Program-made: the position numbers and the translations under genes
The notes under the pieces: model-generated
What the model was told of the DNA's origin: nothing
Seen by the model: the letters and a program-made list of their open reading frames with translations, nothing else
Database searches by the model: none
Source of the DNA: Octopus vulgaris
Lineage: Eukaryota
NCBI GenBank assembly: GCA_951406725.2
Contig: OX597816.1
Span: 171,554,001-171,618,000 of the forward strand
Direction: 5' to 3'
Length of the DNA stretch: 64,000 nt
In this document: piece by piece, positions 1 to 12,401 of the stretch
How the letters are laid out: each line of letters starts with the position of its first letter
Position numbering within the stretch: position 1 is the first letter of the stretch

Positions 1-134
1 CAAGTTCTTCAAAAGTAAGTTAACCTTTGAGTAAATCAGTTGATATCAAAATATGTATATTTGCTAATAAACTTATTGTTCAAGTTTTGAATTTGCTATT
101 TCCACTTGCATAACTTGCAAATGGAACACTCTGT

Positions 135-440
135 GGAGGCACATGGCCTAGTGGTTAGAGCAGCGGACTCGTGGTCGAGGGATCGTGAGTTCGAATCTCA
201 GATCGGGTGATGTGTGTGTTTATGAGCGAAAACACCTAAGCTCCACGCGGCTCTGGCATAAGGTAATGGCGAACTTCTGCTGACTCTTTCGCCACAACTT
301 TCTCTCACTCTTTCCTCCTGCATCTTGCAGCTTACCTGCGACGGACCGGCGTCCCGTCCAGGTGGGGAACCTATATGCCAAGAAACTAAGAAACTAGCCC
401 TTATGAGCCAGGCATGGCTCAAGAAGGAACAAACAAAAAA
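135..440 (+). mobile_element. tRNA-derived SINE (Arg-like head)
   Basis: A/B-box head TGGCCTAGTGG...GTTCGAATC, A-rich tail, 16-bp TSD aaatggaacactctgt (119-134, 441-456). Confidence 0.85.
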
Positions 441-1022
441 AAATGGAACACTCTGTAATTAGAAGTGAATGTCAGTGTTTATGAGATTAATCAGTAATTT
501 ATTCATCTTCAAAGGATCTGTTATTACCAAATGTCTGTTCTCTGAAGAAAACACTTTTTCTCTCATAAACACTACAGCTCCACCGCCTCCTCATCATTTA
601 GTGTCCATTTTCCATGCTAGCATGGGTTAGATGGTCTGACGGGAACTGGTAAGCTGGAGAGCTTCTACCTGGCTCCAGTCTGGTTTGGCTTGGTTGCTAT
701 GGCTGGATGCCCTTCATAACACCAACTACTCCACAGAGTGTACTGGGTGCCTTTTACATAATCACCAACACAAGTGTCTTTTATGTGTCACCAGCACTGG
801 CCACAACTAATGATTTCATTTAGCTTGACGTGTCTTCTCATGCTGAACAAATTATCAAGTCTCAGTCACTTGTCATCACCTCCATGAGACTCAACATCAC
901 TACCTTATCCCTCATCTTCCTGGGTCTACCTCTTCCACAGGTTCCAAAAATGGTCGAATGGATATTAGGGTTCCAGCTCATACGATTTGAGTTTTAGTGC
1001 ATTGCAAGTATTTTATTATGGA

Positions 1023-2595
1023 CTAGGAGTATCGCCCGGCATTGCTCGGGTTTGTAAGGGAAATAACTATATAAGCATTTTTAGAGAGTTATAGCCAAAA
1101 AATAGCAAAAACATGCATTAAAAATGGAAAGAAAATTATGGTAAATTTTTTAAAAAATCGTTGACTCATCGTAGACATTTTTAGAGAGTTACTTCCCTTA
1201 TATAATAGTGAAAAAAATGCATTAAAATGGAAAGAATGATGGTAAATTTTTTTTTAAATCATTGACTCATCCTAGACATTTTTAGAGAGTTACTTCCCTT
1301 ATATAATAGCGAAAAAATGCATTAAAATGGAAAAAAATGATGGTAAATTTTTTTTAAAATCGTTGACTCATTGTAGACATTTTTAGAGAGTTACTTCCCT
1401 TATATAATAGCGAAAAAATGCATTAAAATGGAAAAAATGATGGTAAATTTTTTTTTAAATCGTAGACTCATCGTAGACGCGCGCTAATACCCAGAAGGGC
1501 TCGATATGAATCATGACTATAAGATACCCGGTTTTGGTTAAACTGCACCACAAAATGTGGGAGTAGTTAGGAATCTAAATCGTAGGAGATAGAAACACAA
1601 CTTCACTTTTATATATAAAGACTAGCAGTATCGCCCGGCGTTGCTCGGGTTTGTAAGGGAAATAACTATAGAAGCATTTTTAGAGAGTTATAGCAAAAAA
1701 AATGCATTCAAAATGGAAAAAATATGATGGTAAATTTTTTTTTAAATTGTTGACTCATCGTAGACATTTTTAGAGAGTTACTTCCCTTATATAATAGTGA
1801 AAAAATGCATTAAAATGGAAAAAATGATGGTAAATTTTTTTAAAAATCGTTGACTCATCGTAGACATTTTTAGAGAGTTAATTCCCTTATATAATAGCGA
1901 AAAAATGCATTAAAATGGAAAAAATGAGGTAAATTTTTTTTTAAATCGTAGACTCATTGTAGACGCACGCTAATACCCAGAAGGGCTCGATATGAATCAC
2001 GACTATAAGATACCCGGTTTTGGTTAAACTGCACCACAAAATGTGGGAGTAGTTAGGAATCTAAATCGTAGGAGACAGAAACACAACTTCACTTTTATAT
2101 ATAAAGACTAGCAGTATCGCCCGGCGTTGCTCGGGTTTGTAAGGGAAATAACTATAGAAGCATTTTTAGAGAGTTATAGCAAAAAAAATGCATTCAAAAT
2201 GGAAAAAATATGATGGTAAATTTTTTTTTAAATTGTTGACTCATCGTAGACATTTTTAGAGAGTTACTTCCCTTATATAATAGTGAAAAAATGCATTAAA
2301 ATGGAAAAAATGATGGTAAATTTTTTAAAAATCGTTGACTCATCGTAGACATTTTTAGAGAGTTAATTCCCTTATATAATAGCGAAAAAATGCATTAAAA
2401 TGGAAAAAATGAGGTAAATTTTTTTTTAAATCGTAGACTCATTGTAGACGCATGCTAATACCCAGAAGGGCTCGATATGAATCACGACTATAAGATACCC
2501 GGTTTTGGTTAAACTGCACCGCAAAATGTGGGAGTAGTTAGGAATCTAAATCGTAGGAGACAGACAGCACACAACCTCACTTTTATATATAAAGA
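1023..2595 (-). mobile_element. Three head-to-tail non-autonomous Helitron copies (1023-1621, 1622-2107, 2108-2595)
   Basis: on the minus strand each starts TC and ends with hairpin CCCGAGCAACGCCGGG + CTAG; A|T insertion site; internal ~120-bp subrepeats. Confidence 0.88.
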
Positions 2596-3417
2596 TATGG
2601 ACTGTACACTTAAACTGTCTGTGCTTCAGTTTACCAAAGTGTAGAATGATTGTCTAAGATAGACTTACATCTCTGATAGGGGAAGATTTATCTCTTGTTA
2701 ATCTGTACCACAAGATTCAAAATACTTGCCAATACAATCCCTCTTGGATTATATTCTCTTTGAAGTATTAATTTTCTCAAAGATTTAATCTCTTGCTTAG
2801 ACTAACAACAGTACTGGCTTTTTTAGTGGAATTTACTTTAGTGCAAGTATTCAGACTAGGTTTCCCTTTTTACTTCCAGTGATGTCGGAGGTCACTGGCT
2901 CTGACAGATGTTTTCTTTCCTGACTAACCCATAAAAGAAAAAAACAAAAAGCAAAACAAAATAAAAATTGTTTTTAAATCTTTTAATTACTTTTTACTTA
3001 TATACTTGTTTCGGTTATTTGACTGCAGTCATGATGGGTCACTGCCTCGAAAGATTTAAGTCATTTGTATCAACATCTGTACCTAATTTTTAGTTTAGTA
3101 CTTTTTACATGCCGCGTAAAAAGCAGCTGTGTTGGCACCATGAAATCGCCCATGCTGGCACCACATAAAAGCACCTGTGTTGAGGCCACATAAAAAGCAC
3201 CCAGCACACCCTGCAAAGTGGATGGTGTTAGGAAGGGCATCCAGCTGTAGAGATCAAGCTGAAACAGACTGAAACCTGGTGCAGCTCTCCTGCTTATTTT
3301 CCATGCAAACATGGGAAATGAACATTAAACAATGATGATGATGATGATGATTTATATTTATCACACAGCTAAATTACTGAACATAAATACAGATACATAC
3401 AAACATACAAGTACATA

Positions 3418-3588
3418 GATGCAGGAGTGGCTGTGTGGCAAGTAGCTTGCTAACCAACCACATGGTTCCGGGTTCAGTCCCACTGCGTGGCATCTTGGGC
3501 AAGTGTCTTCTGCTATAGCCCCGGGCCGACCAATGCCTTGTGAGTGGATTTGGTAGACGGAAACTGAAAGAAGCCCGTCGTATATATG

Positions 3589-3636
<48 letters not shown>

Positions 3637-3855
3637 CGTGTGTGTGTTTGTCCCCCTAGCATTGCTTGACAACCAATGCTGGTGTGTGTTTACGTCCCCG
3701 TCACTTAGCGGTTCGGCAAAAGAGACCGATAGAATAAGTACTGGGCTTACAAAATAATAAGTCCCGGGGGTCGATTTGCTCGACTAAAGGCGGTGCTCCA
3801 GCATGGCCGCTGTCAAATGACTGAAACAAGTAAAAGAGTAAAAGAGTAAGAGTAG
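3418..3855 (+). mobile_element. SINE family A (tRNA-like head, internal (TA)n/(TG)n, (GTAAAAGA)n tail)
   Basis: near-identical copies throughout the window. Confidence 0.85.
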
Positions 3856-4586
3856 ACACATGTACTGTTTCCATCTACCACTTTCACTCACAAGGCATTG
3901 GGGCAGGTAGAGGCTATATTAGGAAACATTTCTCCAAAGTGCAGTATAGTGGAACTGAACTCAGGACCACATGATTGCAAGTGATCGTAACACACAGCCG
4001 AGCTTAAGCTTAATTAAAAACATTTTTTAACATAACTTTTTTTTCTCCCCCTCTTGATTTGTAAAATGATTTTTGTTCAAAAGGCGGTACTCCAGCATGG
4101 CCACAGTCATTGGACTGAAACATATAAGAGTATAAGTTCAAGGAAGCATATATATATTTCTTTACTACCCACAAGGGGCTAAACACAGAGAGGACAAACA
4201 AGGACAGACAAACGGATTAAGTCGACTATATCGACCCTAGTACGTAACTGGTACTTTATTTATTGACCCTGAAAGGATGAAAGGCAAAGTCGACCGGCGG
4301 AATTTGAACTCGGAACGTAATTGAACTGATAGGAATGGTAGGCGTTTAGTTTGGTTCTGTAGCATTTATGTCCAGAATTCTTTCCTGGCATCATACACTT
4401 ATTACTTAACTTCATTATAATAATGATTGTTGTCATGAATTGTTGTTACAACAAACTCACTGACACTTTGTCATCAAATCTGTTTATACCATACATTTCA
4501 GTATATATTTATTTATTTATTTACCTATTTATTTTATATTGAACACATGTTGACGAGTTCTTAAGATTGATCTTTAACTGTTTCAG

Positions 4587-4691
4587 AACACACCTTTTGG
4601 GCCAAGGATATCATTTTCTTGCTGACGCAGCATGAACACATAGGCATTGAAGCATGGCTTGATGGTTATCACCAAGTACAGTCTTCAAAAT
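4587..4691 (+). CDS. GPAA1: GPAA1 internal exon (first in window): [34 protein letters not shown]
   Basis: tttcag acceptor, gtaagt donor at 4692, conserved Gaa1 motifs WAKDIIFL and AWLxxYH; phase 1 to 1. Confidence 0.93.
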
Positions 4692-4867
4692 GTAAGTGCA
4701 CAACTTGTATTTGATTATAAATTTGTTCTATATTCAAGATTATGTGGAGTGAATGAAACCAGTGTTCATTATTATTAAGTGAATGATAATGATATGTTGT
4801 TCCTTTTGATGGAATACATTTTCATTGAAATGAAAGATTCAGTAAATATAAGCAGTAAATACAATCA

Positions 4868-5190
4868 TAGGTGTAGGAGTGGCTGTGTAAGTAGCTTGCT
4901 AACCAGCCACATTCCGGGTTCAGTCCCACTGCGTGGCACCTTGGGCAAGTGTCTTCTGCTAAAGCCCCAGTCCGACCAAAGCCTTGTGAGTGGGTTTGGT
5001 AGACGGAAACTGAAAGAAGCCCGTCGTATATATGTATATATATATGTATGTGTGTTTGTGTTTGTCCCCCTAGCTTGACAACCAATACTGGTGTGTTTAC
5101 GTCCCCATCACTTAGCGGGGTCGATTTGCTCGATTAAAAGGTGGTGCTCCAGCATGGCCGCAGTCAAATGACTGAAACAAGTAAAAGAGT
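4868..5190 (+). mobile_element. SINE family A, internally deleted
   Basis: match to the other family A copies. Confidence 0.8.
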
Positions 5191-5221
5191 CCATTTAGCT
5201 GATAATGATAAGTCCTAGACT

Positions 5222-5438
5222 TATACTCTTTTACTCTTTTACTCTTTTACTTGTTTCAGTCATTTGACTGCGGCCATGCTGGAGCACCGCGTTTAATCGA
5301 GCAACTCGACACCGGGACTTATTCTTTGTAAGCCCAGTACTTATTCTATCAGTCTCTTTTTGCCGAACCGCTAGGTGACGGGGACATAAACACACCAGCA
5401 TTGGTTGTCAAGCAATGCTAGGGGGACAAACAAACACA

Positions 5439-5478
<40 letters not shown>

Positions 5479-5645
5479 TACAACGGGCTTCTTTCAGTTT
5501 CCGTCTACCAAACCCACCCACAAGGCATTGGTCGGCCCGGGGCTATAGTAGAAGACACTTGCCCAAGGTGCCATGCAGTGGGACTGAACCCGGAACCATG
5601 TGGTTGGTAAACAAGCTACTTACCACACAGCCACTCCTGCGCCTA
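5222..5645 (-). mobile_element. SINE family A
   Basis: reverse-complement match to family A. Confidence 0.85.
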
Positions 5646-5865
5646 ATGGGTCAAGTCCATTACTATTTTACTTGTTTATTTCTGACTAGCTGAGGTATCA
5701 CTTAGAAGGCAATTGCCTCAGCCCCAGTTCTTACTTCTAAGTTTGGTATTTATTTTCATCATCTCTATTGAACTGCTTAGTTACAGGACATAAATAATAC
5801 AAGTACAGCCTCACACACACACACACATGCATGACAGGTTTCTGACTGTTTCTACCTGCAAAATT

Positions 5866-6235
5866 TAAAATAATAATGAAATTATTGTATACAGTGCTCA
5901 GGTGCACCACAACTTGTCAGAAAGTGCATATAAAGTACATTCAGTAATGTAGAAATGTTTGGAAAGCGAACAATGTATGAGTCAGATACATGCTTGTGTG
6001 TTTATGGAGGGGAGAAAATCAGGTGTAGTGTTGGCTAATCTCAGAAAGCATGGAAGCTTTGAAGGATGCAGTGCTCCGACAACTAACAACTGATGCCGGC
6101 AGTTTGTTCCATGCTTCAGCAACTCTCAGCGTGAAAAAATGTTTCTTGAAGTCATGGGAGCTGTGCTGTTTTCTGACTTTGTAAATATGTCCACGGGTGT
6201 TAGATGGGTGGAGTTTGAAAAGGTGCTCAGAGTTT
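5866..6235 (-). mobile_element. CR1-like LINE 3' end
   Basis: TRGHxxKxxKxxxxxDxxKHFFxxRVxxxWNxLP C-terminal motif plus (ATT)n tail; related copies near 31800-32130 and 34947-35195. Confidence 0.8.
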
Positions 6236-6344
6236 GGCATTGATCAACCCAAGGCTGTAATAGAAGACACTTGCCCAAGATGTTGCATAGGGGAAACTAT
6301 GTAATTATTAAGCAAATTCTTAATCAAATGTTTGCCTCTATTCT

Positions 6345-6725
6345 TTTATTCTTTTACATGTTTCAGTCATTTGACTGCGGCCATGCTGGAGCACCACCTT
6401 TAGTCGAGCAACTCGACCCCGGGACTTATTCTTTTGTAAGCCCAGTACTTATTCTATCAGTCTCTTTTGCCGAGCCGCTAAGTTACGGGGACATAAACAC
6501 CCCATCATCAGTTGTCAAGGAATGCTAGGGAGACAAACACACACACGCATATACATATATACGGCAAGCTTCTTTCAGTTTCCGTCTACCAAATCCACTC
6601 ACAAGGCTTTAGTCGGCCCGAGGCTATAGTAGAAGACACTTGCCCAAGATGCCACGCAGTGGGACTGAACCCGGAACCATGTGGTTGGTAAACAAGCTAC
6701 TTACCACACAGCCACTCCTGCGCCT
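6345..6725 (-). mobile_element. SINE family A
   Basis: reverse-complement match to family A. Confidence 0.85.
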
Positions 6726-7004
6726 ATGTTTAAGAAAATTGTATTACTGGGTTGGGAATTTTTTCATACAATAATGTGAACTCAAAATATTTATTGAAAT
6801 GTAATTCTGAATATGTGTTCAAATATCTAAATCTATGTTTGGGTTTACATACATAAGTGTGTATATATAGGTGGCAGGTTGACTTCTAATAGACAGACAT
6901 TGTGCAACAATATATTTTATAGATTCATAATAATGAACAATATTCATTTACCCCTGACACTCATTAATTTTTCAATCTGTAATAAAATTTGTATTTTTTT
7001 TTAG

Positions 7005-7201
7005 ATGTTTTTCCAGGAACTTTGTGGGGTCGAAGTGGGTCAATTCAAGCTGCTCTTAATTTAGAGATCCCTCTTGAGAAAGTAGCTTATTATAACATCA
7101 AGATGGAAGGCCTCAATGGTCAATTGCCAAACCTTGATCTGGTCAATCTAGTTGTGCGTCTTTGCCGGCGTGAAGGGGACTCTGTGAGGCTGCACAACCA
7201 G
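7005..7201 (+). CDS. GPAA1: GPAA1 exon: YVFPGTLWGRSGSIQAALNLE...EGLNGQLPNLDLVN...LHNQ
   Basis: polyT-tag acceptor, CAG|GT donor at 7202, Gaa1 signature RSGxIQAA and NGQLPNLDL; phase 1 to 0. Confidence 0.95.
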
Positions 7202-7390
7202 GTATCTTGAAATTCTTCATTCATATTTTGTTCAGTTTTTATTCAAAATAAATTTTATTAAAATTATCATCATCTACCCCTTTAGTACTTCAGCAATTAA
7301 TCTCATCATTGTGTTTCTATTTTCACTGATCTTCTGCTGATATATAAATCCATTGATGAATATAAACTCCAGGCCTTTTTTCCCAATATA

Positions 7391-7623
7391 TATATTTCTT
7401 TACTACCCACAAGGGGCTACATACAGAGGGGACAAACAAGGACAGACAAAGCGATTAAGTCGATTCCATCGACCCCAGTGCGTAACTGGTACTTAATTTA
7501 TCGACCCTGAAAGGATGAAAGGCAAAGTCAACCTCGGCGGAATTTGAACTCAGAACCTAACGGCAGACGAAATACGACTTCGCATTTCGCCCGGCGTGCT
7601 ACCGTTTCTGCCAGCTCGCCGCC
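7391..7623 (-). mobile_element. SINE family B (GGCGGCGAGCTGGCAGAA head; GCCTTTCATCCTT..GGGGTCGATAAA core)
   Basis: 15-bp TSD ttttttcccaatata (7376-7390, 7624-7638); empty site in the duplicate segment near 11783. Confidence 0.88.
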
Positions 7624-8005
7624 TTTTTTCCCAATATAGTTTCAATGCTGTTATTGACCATACCACAACCTTATGGGATAAAAATAACAAACATTAGAAA
7701 CTTACTTATAGACACAAAACTTCTTAATCTGAAACCTATGCAAAATATCTGTCTTTCTGTCTGTCTTTAATTAATTTATTAATTAATTAGAAAATAGCCT
7801 AGTGTAAATAGAAATACAAAAGATAAAGTTAATGCTGTGGAAGACCCACATTTTGTAGCTCATCCTAAAAACTAAGCATGTCACATGTGTTATCTAGAAG
7901 AAGCCTGTACATGAATCGTTTTAATGTCTGGAAACTAGTGAATAAAATTTGTTGCACAGTTTTTGACAGGGGGAGATTTCAATCCACTGGTCAACCCGAG
8001 ACATA

Positions 8006-8387
8006 TCTTTATATATAAAAGTGAGGTTGTGTGCTGTCTGTCTCCTACGATTTAGATTCCTAACTACTCCCACATTTTGCGGTGCAGTTTAACCAAAGCT
8101 GGGTGTCTTATAGTCGTGATTCATATCGAGCCCTTCTGGGTATTAGTGCGCGTCTACGATGTGTCTATGATTTAAAAAAAAATTTACCATAAATTTTTCC
8201 CATTTTTAATGCATTTTTGGCATATATAAGGGAAGTAACTCTCTAAAAATTTATTAAATCTCAGAACGTAAAAAGCTACAGTAACCCCCCCCCCCCCCTT
8301 TGTGGTTAGCCATATTGGGATGGCTATTATACTTTACATCTCTAAAAATGCTTACAAATCCCGAGCAACACCGGGCGATACTGCTAG
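8006..8387 (+). mobile_element. Non-autonomous Helitron
   Basis: A|TC start, 3' hairpin, CTAG|T end. Confidence 0.88.
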
Positions 8388-8449
8388 TCTCTTATAATAT
8401 TTCTTTTTATGGTAAACTGAATTCAATCATATGATTAATTCATTAATCT

Positions 8450-8622
8450 CCACTACACTCACGGAGTGGTTGGCGTTAGGAAGGGCATCCAGCCGTAGAA
8501 ACACTGCCAAATCTGGCTGGGCCTGATGAAGCCTTCCGGCTTCACAGACCCCAGTTAAACCGTCCAACCCATGCTAGCATGGAGAACGGACGCTAAATGA
8601 TAATGATGATGATGATGATGAT
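8450..8622 (+). mobile_element. SINE family C 3' part ((GAT)n tail, GGCGTTAGGAAGGGCATCCAGC core)
   Basis: related copies near 590-800, 3110-3350, 24548-24750, 25876-26190, 27560-27753, 29719-30060, 37586-37825, 46278-46600. Confidence 0.75.
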
Positions 8623-8896
8623 TACACCATACAGCATATAATATAATCTAGTCTTGCTATGAAAATTGCTTTGGCTTAATGCCCAAATTATGAGAGGGTT
8701 TTATCAGGAAATAGATTATCACAATTACAAATCTTCTTAGATCCTCCTGTTGTACTCAAGCCAGGTATCTATAAATTGTCTAAACCTTAATAAAAAGAGC
8801 ATATGAAACAGTATATTGAACCTGACAGCATAGGAAGACAAAGTATGTTCACATAGACTAAGTATATTAATGATTATGTTCAGACACAGATTATGT

Positions 8897-9061
8897 TAGG
8901 CGCAGGAGTGGCTGTGTGGTAAGTAGCTTGCTAACCAACCACATGGTTCTGGGTTCAGTCCCACTGCGTGGCATCTTGGGCAAGTGTCTTCTGCTATAGC
9001 CCCGGGCCGACCAATGCCTTGTGAGTGGATTTGGTAGACGGAAACTGAAAGAAGCCTGCCG

Positions 9062-9108
<47 letters not shown>

Positions 9109-9326
9109 TTGTTTGTGTGTCTGTGTTTGTCCCCCTAGCATTGCTTGACAACCGACGCTGGTGTGTTTACGTCTCCGTTACTTAGCGGTTCGGCAAAAGA
9201 GACCGATAGAATAAGTACTGGGCTTACAAAAAAGAATAAGTCCCGGGGTCGAGTTGTTCGACTAAAGGTGGTGCTCCAGCATGGCCGCAGTCAAATGACT
9301 GAAACAAGTAAAAGAGTAAAAGAGAC
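8897..9326 (+). mobile_element. SINE family A
   Basis: full-length match to family A. Confidence 0.85.
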
Positions 9327-9648
9327 TAAATATATTAATGACACTGTACAAATGACTATAGAATTTCTTTATTCTTTGTCAAGATTTCAAGTGCTACAAA
9401 CTTTACTAACTCTGTTCTACGGAATAGTCAAAAAAAAAAAAAGTTAAAAGGGAAAAAACTAACCCTGTTATCTCTAGAATAGTCTGTGCTGGCTAAAAAG
9501 GAAGTTAATATCATTTGTGAGATATGCTTATTTTTCAGGTAAGTTTAGAAATAAATATGGAGGGGGAATAAAAACAGTGTTAGTTAAGGACTGACGTTAT
9601 TTTAATGGTTTGGCTATTAGAGTAATACGTTGGTCAATAACTATTTTT

Positions 9649-10176
9649 AATTAGAAATATTAAATTTCTAAATGTCTCAGAGAGACATCAGCTGTGGTGG
9701 AGCGATAGAGTGGTTGTATACTGTCAACATAACGTGACAATCCTGTAAGGGAATTACACCACCGCTGTTTAGCCCTAGGAAGCATTGACGTTTCCTGTTG
9801 GCTTTGACACATTTCTTGTGTCCTTATATTTGCGAAGGGGAGGCAAGCACCCCCACCAGCTAGGATTCACACCTGAGGACATGCATGTTTCTGGGTCTTA
9901 CCCGTCGTCAGCCCAGGATAGTGGGATCTGCTGATTGAGATGCCTGTCTAGCCTTCGCAAATATATATATATATTTACAGTGAAATCTATTCACTGGTCA
10001 CCGTAATTAGAAATATTTCATTTCTAAATGTCTCAAAGAGACATGAGCGGCGGTGGAGCGATAGAGTGGTTGTATAAAGTCAACATAACGTGACAGTCCT
10101 GTAGAGGGAATTACATCACCGCTAAGACCGTTAAGACCCAGAAACATGTCATGTTATGTTGACAGTATACAACCAC
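9649..10176 (-). mobile_element. Penelope-like non-autonomous element (direct repeat plus inverted fragments) containing a hammerhead
   Basis: 9649-9766 repeated at 10005-10123; inverted pieces at 10130-10176; flanking repeat actatttttaatt (9640-9652, 10177-10189). Confidence 0.7.
9872..9917 (-). ncRNA. Minimal type I hammerhead ribozyme
   Basis: minus strand CCUGGG-CUGACGA-c GGGU aag ACCC a-GAAAC AUGCAU GUC-CUCAGG; stem I 6 bp, palindromic stem III, GUC cleavage triplet. Confidence 0.75.
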
Positions 10177-10260
10177 ACTATTTTTAATTTGCCTGCCAAG
10201 TATTCTTTCTTCGTTGAATCTCCATAGATTTAATCTTGTCATTTTCTTTATTGTTCACAG

Positions 10261-10460
10261 TATGACTATTATGATCCGGATTCACTAAATGGATTCAAAC
10301 ATTCGTTACTGACTATGCTGCGTATGATGAAAACTCAAGCATCTGGATCTCCTTCTGGCAACCATGGCCTATTTCATCGCTACCATATCGAAGCTGTCAC
10401 TCTTCAAGGTGTCTCACGAGCATTTGGGCAGAAAACATCAGATTTAATGGTAACTGGTCG
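10261..10460 (+). CDS. GPAA1: GPAA1 exon: YDYYDPDSLNGFKHSLLTMLRMMKTQASGSPSGNHGLFHRYHIEAVTLQG...TGR
   Basis: ttcacag acceptor, gtaagt donor at 10461, Gaa1 motif QASGxPxGxHGLFxRYxIEAVTL; phase 0 to 2. Confidence 0.95.
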
Positions 10461-10890
10461 GTAAGTATTTTTATTAAATCATCAGCCTCATTCATTTTTT
10501 TTCCATGGTTGAATTTTTATGTTGAGAGGCCTGCAATGTTGATCTATTCGAATTGTCTCTATTCTTTGCCAATGTTATTTCAATTTCAATTTCAAAATAG
10601 ATTTAACAGCCTTATTCATAATTTTCTTTCACCCACCTGCTTCTAGTTCCTTATTCTCATGTCTACTTTTCCATTGTGACACAAGTTACATAAGACTTAG
10701 TGAGATGGTGTTTTTGATCAGGTGTTCCTTCCTGATGCCAACCTTTTTAGGCGATACTTGTTCTAAAATCTGGATACAAACAGTTGCAATGAAATCATGT
10801 CACTTTTTACCACACTTTAGTTGCGTAACAACAATTCTCAACATTTGGGTGGTGGGGACAAACACTCTTTTGGCCCTCACATTCTAAATA

Positions 10891-11044
10891 CCAGAGGGCG
10901 CACACTCTCCTACCCTGATGTAATCTCCAGGGATACAGGCATCCAGCAACAGGACCTCCGTAATGCCATGATGGACCGTGAAGTCTGGCGTAGCATGGTA
11001 AATTCCATTGTCTCAACCACGGTCGAACAATGATGATGATGATG
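10891..11044 (+). mobile_element. 5'-truncated RTE LINE 3' end
   Basis: matches 16243-16400; (GAT)n tail; 10-bp TSD attctaaata. Confidence 0.8.
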
Positions 11045-11145
11045 ATTCTAAATATCAGGTATGAAACAGGAGCAACTATCTCCCTCTTGCTATGCCTCTG
11101 CCTTGCTTTTGTATATTCTCATCATGTTTGTCTTGTATGCATTTG

Positions 11146-11490
11146 AAGGTGCATGGCTGTGGTTAGAGCATCGGGCTTACAATCATGAGGTTGTGAGTTT
11201 GATTCCTGGTCCAGGCTGCGTGTTGTGTTCTTGAGCAAGACACTTTATTTCACATTGCTCCAGTTCACTCAGCTATAGAAATGAAAGGCAACGTCATTGG
11301 TGTCATGCTGTGTTGGCCTTTCCTTTTCCCTTGGATAACATCGGTGGTGTGGAGAGGCAAGGCTGGTATGCATGGGCAACTGTTGGTCTTCGATAAAAAC
11401 AACCTTGCCTAGACTCATGCCTTGGAGGGGTACTTTCTAGGTGCAATCTCATGGTCATTCATGACCAAAGACAGTCTCTACCCTTACTCT
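11146..11490 (+). mobile_element. Older tRNA-derived SINE
   Basis: degenerate A/B-box head; TGTGTTCTTGAGCAAGACACTT core-like segment. Confidence 0.6.
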
Positions 11491-12171
11491 TTACTCTTTA
11501 TTTGATGAGAGTACATATATTTGATAGATGCAAGTGTGGCTGTGTAGTTAAGAAGCTTGTTTTCCTAACCATATGGTTTCAGGTTCAGTCCCACTGCATG
11601 GCATCTTGGGCAAGTGTCTTCTACTACAACTCTGATTAGGCCAACAGAAACTGAGAAAAGCCCATTGTGTGTGTATGTGTGTATGACTTTCTTTGTTTTA
11701 ATCCAAAATGGAGATAAACACCGATGTTTCCACTGATCTTCTGCTGATATATAAATCCATTGATGAATATAAATCCCAGGCCTTTTTTCCCAATATAGTT
11801 TCAGTGCTGTTATTGACCATACCACAACCTTATGGGATAAAAATAACAAACATTAGAAACTTACTTATAAACACAAAACTTCTTAATCTGAAACCTATGC
11901 AAAATATCTGTCTTTCTGTCTGTCTTTAATTAATTTATTAATTAATTAGAAAATAGCCTAATACAAAAGATAAAGTTAATGCTGTGGAAGACCCACATTT
12001 TGTAGCTCATCCTAAAAACTAAGCATGTCACATGTGTTATCTAGAAGATAATTTCTGAGGTATTCCTTAACATGAAACCAAGCCTTAATACACAATTAAA
12101 GAATCGTTATCCACCAATTTGGTGTTGAGTGCTCATTCTCATCATTGGATGTTTACATATATATATATATA

Positions 12172-12401
12172 TTTCTTTACTACCCACAAGGGGCTAAACG
12201 CAGAGGGGACAAACGAGGACAGACAAACGGATTAAGTCGATTATATCGACCCCAGTGCGTAACTGGTACTTAATTTATCGACCCTGAAAGGATGAAAGGC
12301 AAAGTCGACCACGGCGGAATTTGAACTCAGAACGTAACGGCAGACGAAATATGGCTACGCATTTCGCCCGGCGTGCTAACGTTTCTGCCAGCTTGCCGCC
12401 T
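12172..12401 (-). mobile_element. SINE family B
   Basis: match to family B; further copies at 4155-4320, 16961-17190, 23811-24041, 31288-31515, 52994-53223 and in the 19146-21662 array. Confidence 0.85.

Noticed and set aside
3361-3672. Recurrent ORFs MSSNARG...EDTCPRCHAVGLNPEPCGWLASYLPHSHSC and MTTDAGV...
   Set aside because: Chance frames in SINE family A, varying with microsatellite length
7202-7210. Donor GTATCTTGA resembling a U12 GT-AG donor
   Set aside because: Deviates from GTATCCTTT, and the acceptor at 10260 has a normal polypyrimidine tract with no CCTTAAC branch site; treated as U2
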